This document shows positions 28,884 through 38,179 of a stretch of DNA of 64,000 bases, piece after piece; within the stretch, counting starts at the first letter, position 1, and each line of letters begins with the position of its first letter. The notes under the pieces are model-generated. The model saw only the letters and a list, made by a program, of their open reading frames with translations, was not told the origin of the DNA and did not search any database. The position numbers and the translations under genes were made by a program. The DNA lies in NCBI GenBank assembly GCA_027044945.1, contig JALUBK010000040.1, forward strand, positions 886 through 64,885, given 5' to 3'. This stretch comes from Campylobacterales bacterium (GTDB taxonomy: Bacteria; Campylobacterota; Campylobacteria; Campylobacterales; JALSKU01).

Positions 28884-30296
28884 ATGATTGAATATAAAAC
28901 TATTTTATATGATCAATTAACTCCTATATCAATTTATAAAAATATAAAAGAGTTATATAAAAATGAAATTATACTTTTTTTTGAAAGTGCTATCAGCACA
29001 AATGATGGAAATTTTTCTTTTATTTTTATAGGCGATAGAGAAAGAATAAGTCACAAAAATGGTAAAAGTATTTTTACAAATCAAAAAGGAGAACAAAAGG
29101 AAATAGAAAAAAATCCTTTTGCTTTCTTGAAAGAATATTATAAAAAAATCGATATTGATAAATATAAAAAATTATCAAAAGAAGCAAATGTTGGTTTTAT
29201 AGATGGTTTTATAGGATATATGGGATATGACACTGCAAAAATTTTTGAACCTAAATTGATAAACAGCATGAATTCTTTAAAAGATGAATTGAATATTCCT
29301 GATATTGAATTGATTCGTCCAAAAATCACGATAGCACTTTCCCATAAAACAAAAAAATTAACCTTAATAAGCGAAATAAATAACAAATCTCAATATTTCA
29401 ATGAAATTATCAATAAAATTTTTCAACCTTTTACTCCTTTTAAACTTCAAAAATCCCATATAGACAAATCAAAAGGTAAGTTTGAATTTTCAAAAGAAAA
29501 ATTTTTCAATATGATTACAAATGCGAAAGAGATGATAAAAAGTGGTGATATATTTCAAATAGTTTTATCAAATAGATATACCCAATATGCAAAAATAGAT
29601 AAATTAAGTTTTTACAGAGTTTTAAGAAGTAAAAATCCATCTCCTTATATGTATCTTCTCGATTATAAAGATTTTTCCATCATAGGAAGCTCTCCTGAAG
29701 TTATGATAACTTTAAAAGATGGTCATATTCTTTTAAGGCCTATAGCAGGAACAAGAAAAAGAGGTGGAAATTATTTAAGGGATTTAGAACTTGAAAACGA
29801 AATGTTAAATGATGAAAAAGAAAAAGCTGAACATTTAATGTTGATAGATCTTGGTAGAAATGATGTTGGAAAAGTAGCCAAAGCTGGAAGTGTTAAAGTA
29901 AAAGACATGATGAGAGTTGAAAAATACTCTCATGTTATGCATATGGTAAGTGATGTAGAAGGTGTTTTAGATGAAAAATATGATATGTTTGATCTTTTTA
30001 ATGCAACTTTTACAGCAGGAACAGTAACAGGAACTCCAAAAATAAGAGCAATGGAATTAATAGCTGAATTTGAAGGTGTTAAACGAAGTTATTATAGTGG
30101 AGTTATAGGATATTTTGGTTTTGATGGAAATATGGATAGTGCAATTTCAATCAGAACTTCATATCTTGATGATGAAAAAATAGTCTTTCAAGCAGGAGCA
30201 GGTATAGTAGCCGATAGCAAAAAAGAACTTGAATATCTCGAAGTGCAAAATAAACTCCAAGCTTTGATGAGTTCATTGGATGACTTAAATGAGTAA
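28884..30296 (+). CDS. trpE: anthranilate synthase component I family enzyme (TrpE/PabB type)
   Basis: 470 aa. Chorismate-binding domain with [29 protein letters not shown] and [10 protein letters not shown] motifs. No adjacent amidotransferase subunit. Confidence 0.8.
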   Translation: MIEYKTILYDQLTPISIYKNIKELYKNEIILFFESAISTNDGNFSFIFIGDRERISHKNGKSIFTNQKGEQKEIEKNPFAFLKEYYKKIDIDKYKKLSKEANVGFIDGFIGYMGYDTAKIFEPKLINSMNSLKDELNIPDIELIRPKITIALSHKTKKLTLISEINNKSQYFNEIINKIFQPFTPFKLQKSHIDKSKGKFEFSKEKFFNMITNAKEMIKSGDIFQIVLSNRYTQYAKIDKLSFYRVLRSKNPSPYMYLLDYKDFSIIGSSPEVMITLKDGHILLRPIAGTRKRGGNYLRDLELENEMLNDEKEKAEHLMLIDLGRNDVGKVAKAGSVKVKDMMRVEKYSHVMHMVSDVEGVLDEKYDMFDLFNATFTAGTVTGTPKIRAMELIAEFEGVKRSYYSGVIGYFGFDGNMDSAISIRTSYLDDEKIVFQAGAGIVADSKKELEYLEVQNKLQALMSSLDDLNE

Positions 30297-31089
30297 ATAT
30301 TTTACTATTTTTGGCAATCCGATATCCCATTCCATATCTCCTCTTATTCACAATTATACAATAAAAACTTTACAAATAGACGGATGTTATGGTCGAACTT
30401 TACTTGAAAATGGCAATGATCTTAAAAAAAAATTTTTAAATCTAAAATTAACAGGAGCAAACATAACAGTTCCTTTCAAAGAAAATGCTTATAATTTGTG
30501 TGACGAAGTTGAAGGAATTGCACAAAATATACAAGCAGTCAATACTATTATAAAAAAAAATAATAAATTAATTGGTTTCAATACGGATGCACCTGGCTTT
30601 TATGAAAGCATCAAGTCGTATAAGAATATTAAAAATATACTTATTTTAGGGGCAGGAGGGACGGCAAAAGCTATCTCTTTTATTCTTAAACAAAAAGGGT
30701 ATAAGATTACATTATTAAACAGAAGTCAAAAAAGATTGGATTTTTTTATAAAAAATAATTTCGAGTGTTATTATTGGGATAATTTTATTCCAACTCAATA
30801 TGACATGATAATAAATACTACTTCAGCAGGTTTAAATGATTTACTTTTACCGATAAAAAAAGATGTTTTGGATAAACTATTTTTAAATGCAAAATATGCC
30901 ATTGATGTTATTTATAACAAACAAACACCCTTTTTGTCTTTAGCAAAAAAACACAATCTTATTATAAAAGATGGCTCTGATATGCTTTTATATCAAGCTG
31001 TTTTGGCATTTGAAATCTTTTTTGATTTTAAATATCCAAAAAATGTAATCGAAAAACCAATGAAATATGCCTTTAAGTTTTTACTCTAA
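30289..31089 (+). CDS. aroE: shikimate dehydrogenase
   Basis: 266 aa. FGNPISHSISP, NITVPFK and GAGGTAKA motifs. Confidence 0.93.
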   Translation: MSKYFTIFGNPISHSISPLIHNYTIKTLQIDGCYGRTLLENGNDLKKKFLNLKLTGANITVPFKENAYNLCDEVEGIAQNIQAVNTIIKKNNKLIGFNTDAPGFYESIKSYKNIKNILILGAGGTAKAISFILKQKGYKITLLNRSQKRLDFFIKNNFECYYWDNFIPTQYDMIINTTSAGLNDLLLPIKKDVLDKLFLNAKYAIDVIYNKQTPFLSLAKKHNLIIKDGSDMLLYQAVLAFEIFFDFKYPKNVIEKPMKYAFKFLL

Positions 31090-31645
31090 GTTCTATTGCT
31101 TTTGACAAAGAAAGCATATCAACATTTTCCAAATGTATTCCCGTTGGCACACCTTGAGCTATTTTTGTAAAAGATAAATCAAATTCTTTCAACTTGTCTT
31201 CTAAGAAAAATATTATTGCTTCATTAGATAATGATGGAGTTAATGCAAAAATAACTTCTTTTACTCCATCTTTTATCATACTATTTAATTTTTCAATATT
31301 CAATTTTTCAAGTTCTTCTAAAACAAAATATCTTCCATTAAATTCTGTATTATCCTCTATAACAAAAATATCTTTTGCAGTTTCAACGATACATAATTTT
31401 GATATATCTCTGCTTTCGTCACTACATAATGGACATATTTCATCTTCGCTTAAAGCTCCGCATTTTTTACATTTTTTTATTGAAGAAACAGCTTCTTCGA
31501 TAGCATGGGAAATTTTCAAAGCTGAAAAATTATCTTTAATAACCATGTGATAAGCAAATCTTAAAGCTGATTTTTTTCCAACCGTAGGCAGGGTATTTAA
31601 TGCATTTACTAAATTATCAAATTTTTTAAGTTCATATTTTTTCAT
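31073..31645 (-). CDS. recR: recombination protein RecR
   Basis: 190 aa. HhH (LPTVGKKSALRFAYH), a C4 zinc finger (CKKCG...CPLC) and a Toprim domain. Confidence 0.95.
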   Translation of the reverse strand: MKKYELKKFDNLVNALNTLPTVGKKSALRFAYHMVIKDNFSALKISHAIEEAVSSIKKCKKCGALSEDEICPLCSDESRDISKLCIVETAKDIFVIEDNTEFNGRYFVLEELEKLNIEKLNSMIKDGVKEVIFALTPSLSNEAIIFFLEDKLKEFDLSFTKIAQGVPTGIHLENVDMLSLSKAIELRVKT

Positions 31646-31735
31646 GAAGATAATTATACAATTTTAAATTTTAATAAATATTAAAACTATTTTAAAGTAT
31701 AATAATATTTTCATATTTAAAAAAGGTGTATAAAA

Positions 31736-32872
31736 TTGGAAATAGATTATTATGAAGTTTTAGAAATATCAAGAGATGCAAATAAAGATGAAATAAAAAA
31801 AGCATATAGAAAATTGGCTCTTAAATATCATCCTGATAGAAACCAAGGAGATAAAGAAGCAGAAGAAAAATTCAAATTGGTTAATGAAGCTTATCAAGCT
31901 TTAGGAGATGAAAAGAAACGAAGTATTTATGATAGATATGGTAAAAGCGGTTTGGATTCTCAAGGTTTTAGTCATTATTCAGACATGAATAGTGAAGACA
32001 TTATGGATGATTTAAGCTCAATATTTGAATCTGTATTTGGAGGAGGTTTTGGAGGTGGATTCGGTAGAAGCAGACAAAGAAAACAAAACAAATATCCGTT
32101 AGATATTGAAACAACTATAACATTGGAGTTTAACGAAGCTATTTTTGGATGCAAAAAAGAGATAAATTATACTTATAAAAAACCTTGCGAAGCTTGTGAA
32201 GGCACAGGATCTTTGGATAAAAAAACAGAAACATGTAGTGCTTGTGGTGGAAAAGGACAAGTTTATTATAGACAAGGATTTATGACTTTTTCTCAACCTT
32301 GCGATGTTTGTAACGGAAGTGGTAAAGTTATCAAAAACAAATGCCCAAAATGCAATGGAAAAGGCTTTGTAGAAGATAATGCAAAAGTTACTGTTGATAT
32401 TCCTGAAGGAATTGATAATAACAATCAAATCAGAATAACTGGAAAAGGAAATATAAACAGCAATGGAGAAAAGGGTGATTTATATGTCAGAGTTTTAGTG
32501 AAAGAAGATGAACACTTTGTCCGACATAATGATGATATTTATATAGAAGTTCCTATCTTTTTTACTCAAGCAGCTCTTGGAGAAACTATTACAATTCCTA
32601 CATTAAAAGGAAAAGATGAATTAAAACTTCCTGTTGGAACAAATGATAAACAACAATTTACTTTTAAAAGAAAAGGTGTTAAAAATGTTCATACAAAAAG
32701 AGAAGGAAATTTGATAGTTCAAATTCAAATTATATATCCTAAGAAAATAAATAGCAAACAAAAAGAGTTGTTAAAAAAACTGCAAGATTCTTTTGGATAT
32801 GAAAGTAATTTAAAAAATGAAAAATTTGAAAGCGTTTTTGATAAAATTAAAAATTGGTTCACAAAAGGATAA
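31736..32872 (+). CDS. dnaJ: molecular chaperone DnaJ
   Basis: 378 aa. J-domain (YHPDRN), G/F-rich linker, four CxxCxGxG zinc repeats and a C-terminal substrate-binding domain. TTG start. Confidence 0.96.
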   Translation: MEIDYYEVLEISRDANKDEIKKAYRKLALKYHPDRNQGDKEAEEKFKLVNEAYQALGDEKKRSIYDRYGKSGLDSQGFSHYSDMNSEDIMDDLSSIFESVFGGGFGGGFGRSRQRKQNKYPLDIETTITLEFNEAIFGCKKEINYTYKKPCEACEGTGSLDKKTETCSACGGKGQVYYRQGFMTFSQPCDVCNGSGKVIKNKCPKCNGKGFVEDNAKVTVDIPEGIDNNNQIRITGKGNINSNGEKGDLYVRVLVKEDEHFVRHNDDIYIEVPIFFTQAALGETITIPTLKGKDELKLPVGTNDKQQFTFKRKGVKNVHTKREGNLIVQIQIIYPKKINSKQKELLKKLQDSFGYESNLKNEKFESVFDKIKNWFTKG

Positions 32873-32875
32873 AGA

Positions 32876-33424
32876 ATGAACATTAAAAAAATTGTTATAA
32901 CAATTCTCTCACTGTTGATGCTTGGAGCATCTTATGCAAATGCAGCTGCATCTGAGATACAAAAGTTTACTTTTAAATCTTTAAACAATCAAAAAATTGT
33001 TTTAAATGCAAATATTGAAGGTATTAAATTAAAAAATTCAAAAAATAAAGTAGTTTTACTTGATTTTTTTGGCAATATGTGTCCTCCTTGTCTTGATGAA
33101 ATACCAGAGTTGATTGCTCTTCAAAAAAAATTCAAAAAAAATTTACAAATCATAGCTTTTCAAGTTCAAACAAGAACAAACAATGTTGATTTAAAAAAAT
33201 TTAAAAAAGAGGAAGGTATAAATTATCCAATAATAAATTTAACAGATCCAAATGTAGATAATTTTCTAAAATATATAATTTATAGAACAAATTGGAAGAG
33301 CATAATACCTTATGCAATTATTTTTGACAAACAAGGAAAAGCACAAAAAATATATATCGGAGAAAGATCATTACAAGAATTTGAAAATGATATTCAAATT
33401 CTAATTAATAAAAAAGATATTTAA
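32876..33424 (+). CDS. periplasmic thioredoxin-fold thiol:disulfide oxidoreductase (TlpA/ResA-like)
   Basis: 182 aa with a signal peptide and a CPPC active site in a [13 protein letters not shown] context. Confidence 0.75.
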   Translation: MNIKKIVITILSLLMLGASYANAAASEIQKFTFKSLNNQKIVLNANIEGIKLKNSKNKVVLLDFFGNMCPPCLDEIPELIALQKKFKKNLQIIAFQVQTRTNNVDLKKFKKEEGINYPIINLTDPNVDNFLKYIIYRTNWKSIIPYAIIFDKQGKAQKIYIGERSLQEFENDIQILINKKDI

Positions 33425-33434
33425 AGGATATTTC

Positions 33435-34670
33435 ATGTCATTTTTAAGCAAAATTAGTATCAAAACAAAAGGTTGGATTCTCGTTGGTGCAACTTTTTGT
33501 GGTTTTATGTCAAATATTATTTTGGTTTTATACCTTTTTAATGATTTAAATAAAAAATATTCTTTAAATCATGACACTTTACTACAATATTTAAATCTTT
33601 ACAAATCAATTTTAATAATAGGGTCTATTTTAGGATTGATATTTTTTATTATTTTTACATATGTTTTAGTCAAAAGCATTACAAATCCTGTTGATGCATT
33701 AAGTAATATGAGTATAGATTTGGCAAACGAAAGCGGTGATTTAAGAAAGAGAATAGCCATTACTTCAGATGATGAAATTTCATATCTTTCCAAAAATATT
33801 AATAATTTCATATCTAAAATTCATGACACAATCAATGCAGTAAAAAATAATTCTAATGAAAACAAACAAGCAACTGAAGAATTTTATCAAATTTCTTCTG
33901 AAATTAAAGAAAAAATTACAGAACAATTTAATGCTGTCGAAGAAACAAAAAAAATAGGAGATAAAGTCAAAACAGAACTGGGAAATGCGACTTCCAATTC
34001 AGAAAAAGCAAGTAGCGATATTTCTATAGCATCAAATGAACTAAACACAGCAACAGACAAAATTAAACACTTGGTGCAAAATATCAACGAAGCTTCACAA
34101 ATAGAAGCTGAAAATTCTGAAAAATTATCACAATTAACGGAAGAAATGAAAAATGTTAAAAATGTTCTTGAAGTTATCAATGACATAGCAGATCAAACAA
34201 ATTTATTAGCTTTAAATGCCGCTATTGAAGCAGCAAGAGCTGGAGAATATGGAAGAGGTTTTGCGGTTGTTGCTGATGAAGTTAGAAAATTGGCCGAACG
34301 AACACAATTATCTTTAAATGAAATAGATACAACTATTAGTGTTATGGTTCAAGGAGTTTCAGATGCAAGTGATCAAATGAAAACAAATTATAAATTTGTT
34401 GAAAAATTAGTGGAAACATCGAATAATGTAAAAGAAGATATTTTACACACTCAAAAAACTATGAATAAAGCATCAACAACTTCTACACAATCATCTAAAA
34501 TAACAAATAATTTAACAAAAGATGTGGAAGATATTATTGCAAAAATAGATTATATTCTTACTTGTGCGAAATTTAATAATGATATTACTCAAAAATTAAA
34601 TACCAAATCAACACAATTAACAAATCATACAATAAAATTAAATGAAAAATTAAATGAATTTCAAGTTTGA
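33435..34670 (+). CDS. methyl-accepting chemotaxis protein with minimal periplasmic loop
   Basis: 411 aa. Two TM segments separated by about 20 residues, a HAMP domain, and the signalling hairpin [36 protein letters not shown]. Confidence 0.9.
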   Translation: MSFLSKISIKTKGWILVGATFCGFMSNIILVLYLFNDLNKKYSLNHDTLLQYLNLYKSILIIGSILGLIFFIIFTYVLVKSITNPVDALSNMSIDLANESGDLRKRIAITSDDEISYLSKNINNFISKIHDTINAVKNNSNENKQATEEFYQISSEIKEKITEQFNAVEETKKIGDKVKTELGNATSNSEKASSDISIASNELNTATDKIKHLVQNINEASQIEAENSEKLSQLTEEMKNVKNVLEVINDIADQTNLLALNAAIEAARAGEYGRGFAVVADEVRKLAERTQLSLNEIDTTISVMVQGVSDASDQMKTNYKFVEKLVETSNNVKEDILHTQKTMNKASTTSTQSSKITNNLTKDVEDIIAKIDYILTCAKFNNDITQKLNTKSTQLTNHTIKLNEKLNEFQV

Positions 34671-34680
34671 TTATTTGTTT

Positions 34681-34719
34681 TTGGGGAGAGAAGATATTAT
34701 TTATTTTAATTCTCCCCAA
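34681..34719 (+). terminator. hairpin between the convergent MCP and polA genes (possible terminator)
   Basis: TTGGGGAGA (34681-34689) and TCTCCCCAA (34711-34719) form a perfect 9-bp stem with a 21-nt loop. The right arm encodes the last polA codons. Only a weak U-tract follows. Confidence 0.3.
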
Positions 34720-37361
34720 TTCTTACCGATATTGACACTGCATTTTAATGGTATATTTAATTTATAAATATTTTCCATAATATCTTTAGCAAAAACAGTA
34801 AAATTTTCTATTTCACTATTTTTAACTTCAAATATTAATTCATCATGAATTTGAAGTAACATTTTGTTTTCGCTATTTTTCATTTCTTTATACAATTTAT
34901 TCATTGATAGTTTAATAAGATCTGCCACACTGCCTTGAAACACCGTATTAACCGCTTCTCTCTCATAAGATGCTTTTATAAATGCATTAGCTTCACTATA
35001 ATTAAAATATCTTTTTCTACCGAGTAAAGTTTTAACAAACCCCTCTTTTTTAGAAAAATCAATAATACTTTCAAGATATGATTGAACCGTAGGAAAACTT
35101 TGAAAATAACTTTCTATATATTTTTTAGCTTCTTTTGGAGTAACTCCTATTGTTTCAGCCAATTTTCTACTCCCCATGCCGTAAAGCAAACCAAAATTTA
35201 TACTTTTTGCAATATTTCTTTTCTCTTTGGCTTCTTTTTGACCAAAAATTTTTATAGCAGTTTCAAGGTGAATATCTTTATTTTCTAAAAATGCCTCCAT
35301 CAATGCTTCATCTTTACTAAAATGAGCCAATAGCCTAAGCTCCATTTGCGAATAATCCAAGCTGATTAAAGAATAATTCTCTTTTGCAATAAATGCTTCT
35401 CTTATTTCTCTACCCAATTCACTTCTAACTGGAATATTTTGTAAATTTGGATTTTTACTACTTAGCCTTCCTGTTGCTGTTCCAGTTTGCAAAAAAGAGG
35501 TATAAATTCTATTTTTTTTATCTATTTTTGCAAGTTTCAAAAGAGGCTCTATATATGTGCTTCTAAGTTTAAAACTTTCTCTATAATCTAAAATTTTTTC
35601 TACAACAGGATGTTCATTTTTCAATAAATTTAATACTTTTTCATTTGTGCTATATCCTGTTTTTGTTTTTTTACCTTTTTTAAGCTTTAATTTTTCAAAA
35701 AGTATTTCTCCTAATTGTTTGGTAGAATTAATGTTAAATTCACTTTGAGTTAAAAAAAATATATCTTTTGTCAAATTTTCTATAGTTTTATTTGCTTTTT
35801 CCAAAAGTTTTTCCAAAAAATCAACACTTACTTTAATGCCTTCATTTTCCATAGACAAAAGTGTTATTATAAAAGGATATTCAACATCTTTAGCTTCTTT
35901 TTTTAATTCCTCTTCGAGTTTGTTTTTAAAAAGAAAAAACAATTTATAAGTCATCCAAGCATCTTCACTGGCATATAAAGTTGCTTCATTCAAATCAACT
36001 GAACTAAAATTTTCACCTTTTTTTACAACATCTTTAAATTTAACCATGTCATGGCCAAAATATCTTTTGGATAATTTATCAAGCCCTACACTATTTGATG
36101 GGTCTAAAAGCCAAGCTTCTATCATTGTATCAGCTTCTAAAGTATCTATTTTAATATTAAAATTTTGCAAAAGTATATTTAAATCATACTTTAAATTTTG
36201 CCCTACTATTTTAAAAGTAAAAAGTTTTCTTATAGCTTCTTTTGCATCTTCAAAGCCAATTTGCTCTCCTACTCCCAAATAAAAATGATTTATTGGAACA
36301 TAATAAGCTTCCTCTTCTTTAAAACAAAAAGAAAATCCAACTATTTTAGCCAATCTTGAAACTGTTGAAGTAGTTTCAGTATCAAATGCCACAATATCAT
36401 CTTTTTTAATTGAATTAATAACTTGAAAAAGTTTTGTTTTATTATCTAAAAGAATTGGATTGAAATCATTTTTTATTTTTTGTTTACAATCTTCTTCTTT
36501 TTGGTATTTCAAACTAGCTCTTGCTAAAATTGTATGCATATCATATTTTTTTAACTCATCGGCAATACTTAGTATTGGGTTTGTTTTAGGAAAATGATAC
36601 TCATCATATTTTACATCTTTAACAACATCATAACATAAAGATGCAAGAGTGTAACTCATATAAGCATTGTCTTTTGATTCTTCCAAAAGTTTTTTTGTTC
36701 TTTTATTGCCTATTTTGTCAATATTTTCATATATTTTTTTAAGAGATCCAAACTCATTTAAAAGAGTTCTTGCACCTTTTGGTCCTATTCCTTTGACACC
36801 GGGTATGTTATCACTACTATCCCCTACAATAGCCAAATAATCAACGATTTGAGTAGGCTTTACTCCAAACTTTTTTATACAAGCTTCTTCATTTATTTTT
36901 ATCTTTTTCATAGGGTCATAAATAAGAACTTTATCGTCATCAACGAGTTGATACAAATCTTTATCAGAAGTTACAATTTGAACTCTAATATTCTTTTGTT
37001 TTGCATCTTTAGCTATCGTTCCTATAATATCATCTGCTTCATATCCTGGAGCTTCCAAAGATTTAAAACCCATTTTTTTAATCCAATTTATAGCTATTGG
37101 CAACTGTTTAAGTAAATCTTCAGGTGGCTTTGGCCTATTTGCTTTATAATTTGGATCTATTTTGCAACGCAAAGTTTTCTCTTTAGAATCAAGTGCAAAC
37201 AAAAGATAATCAGTTCCATGGTCTTTATTGATTGTAGAGATAAAATTAATAAAACCTGTCAATAATCCAGTAGGAAATCCGTCTTTGCTTTTCAAATGTG
37301 GCAAAGCATAATAATTTCTAAAAAAAAATCCAAAAGTATCTATAATAGTTAATGTTTTCAA
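34701..37361 (-). CDS. polA: DNA polymerase I
   Basis: 886 aa. 5'-nuclease domain, a 3'-5' exonuclease-like domain (AFDTETT) and polymerase motifs A, B and C (DYSQMELR, RNIAKSINFGLLYGM, QIHDEL). Confidence 0.97.
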   Translation of the reverse strand: MKTLTIIDTFGFFFRNYYALPHLKSKDGFPTGLLTGFINFISTINKDHGTDYLLFALDSKEKTLRCKIDPNYKANRPKPPEDLLKQLPIAINWIKKMGFKSLEAPGYEADDIIGTIAKDAKQKNIRVQIVTSDKDLYQLVDDDKVLIYDPMKKIKINEEACIKKFGVKPTQIVDYLAIVGDSSDNIPGVKGIGPKGARTLLNEFGSLKKIYENIDKIGNKRTKKLLEESKDNAYMSYTLASLCYDVVKDVKYDEYHFPKTNPILSIADELKKYDMHTILARASLKYQKEEDCKQKIKNDFNPILLDNKTKLFQVINSIKKDDIVAFDTETTSTVSRLAKIVGFSFCFKEEEAYYVPINHFYLGVGEQIGFEDAKEAIRKLFTFKIVGQNLKYDLNILLQNFNIKIDTLEADTMIEAWLLDPSNSVGLDKLSKRYFGHDMVKFKDVVKKGENFSSVDLNEATLYASEDAWMTYKLFFLFKNKLEEELKKEAKDVEYPFIITLLSMENEGIKVSVDFLEKLLEKANKTIENLTKDIFFLTQSEFNINSTKQLGEILFEKLKLKKGKKTKTGYSTNEKVLNLLKNEHPVVEKILDYRESFKLRSTYIEPLLKLAKIDKKNRIYTSFLQTGTATGRLSSKNPNLQNIPVRSELGREIREAFIAKENYSLISLDYSQMELRLLAHFSKDEALMEAFLENKDIHLETAIKIFGQKEAKEKRNIAKSINFGLLYGMGSRKLAETIGVTPKEAKKYIESYFQSFPTVQSYLESIIDFSKKEGFVKTLLGRKRYFNYSEANAFIKASYEREAVNTVFQGSVADLIKLSMNKLYKEMKNSENKMLLQIHDELIFEVKNSEIENFTVFAKDIMENIYKLNIPLKCSVNIGKNWGELK

Positions 37362-38179
37362 TAAGTTCCTTTATATTTATCTTTTATAATATCAATAGCA
37401 TTTAAAAATGCTTCCGTATTTTTGTTTTCTTTTTGCAAAATATTTTCTGAGATAGCAATATTTCTATCAGACAAAGGTGAATTAATAGATATAGAAATTC
37501 TAATAATCTTAAGATACAAAGCATATTCTTTATACTCTTGTGGAGCATTTTGATAATCATTACTATAATGTATAATATTTACTGTAAAATCATCAAAACC
37601 CCAATGTTTGAAAATTTTTGCAGTTACTTCAGCGGAAGAAATACCTACAAATGATTTTTCAACTTGAGAAACATCAACAGATAAATCAATCTCTGATTTA
37701 AATTGATAAGATTCATCATTTTTTATAACCTCATCAGCAATAATAATTTTTCCTGTTTCTTGCAATAATACAGCCATAAATAATATATCTTCTTTTTGTA
37801 AATTAATATTTTTAAACCAAATTTTAGCCAATGCTCCTTGCATGTTTGATAAATGAGCAAATTTTTCTGGTTCTATACCGTATGGCTCCATATCAACTTT
37901 TAAAAGTTTTTTTGCCGAAATAACCGCACTTAAAGCTTTTATCTCTTTCATACCAAGTAATGATACAGCTTGAGATACGCTTTTTATTTCTGCTCTTAAA
38001 TTATATAATGGAGAATTTGCAATTTTCAATATATTTGCTACAAGCATAGGATCTTCTTCCACAACTTTACTAATATCTGATATTGTTCCATTTGGATTAT
38101 TATAAATATTATTAATTTCTATAAAAGTTTTTGGTAATGGCGGGATAGAGTTTATCCTATCAATCAAATCTTTTGTCAT
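37358..38179 (-). CDS. HDOD-domain protein
   Basis: 273 aa with an HDOD pattern (IPPLPKTFIEINN...DPMLVANILKIANSPLY...AVSLLGMKEI). Its start overlaps the uvrA 3' end by 20 nt, and its stop overlaps the polA start (ATGA). Confidence 0.8.
   Translation of the reverse strand: MTKDLIDRINSIPPLPKTFIEINNIYNNPNGTISDISKVVEEDPMLVANILKIANSPLYNLRAEIKSVSQAVSLLGMKEIKALSAVISAKKLLKVDMEPYGIEPEKFAHLSNMQGALAKIWFKNINLQKEDILFMAVLLQETGKIIIADEVIKNDESYQFKSEIDLSVDVSQVEKSFVGISSAEVTAKIFKHWGFDDFTVNIIHYSNDYQNAPQEYKEYALYLKIIRISISINSPLSDRNIAISENILQKENKNTEAFLNAIDIIKDKYKGTY

Noticed and set aside
30541-30560. Homopolymeric A/T runs (A9 in aroE at about 30551-30559, T9 in coaX near 18510-18518) as phase-variation tracts.
   Set aside because: Runs of 8-9 A or T are common background in this genome and encode Lys/Phe/Asn-rich segments. 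The window has no poly-G/C tracts of the kind that mediate phase variation in Campylobacterota.
31073-31089. Convergent coding overlaps with no room for terminators: aroE/recR (17 nt), fliO-like/dus (43430-43439), and uvrC/hisG, which has only a 2-nt gap.
   Set aside because: The overlaps are real, but they are characteristic of compact Campylobacterota genomes. I see no additional structure to suggest a specific regulatory device.
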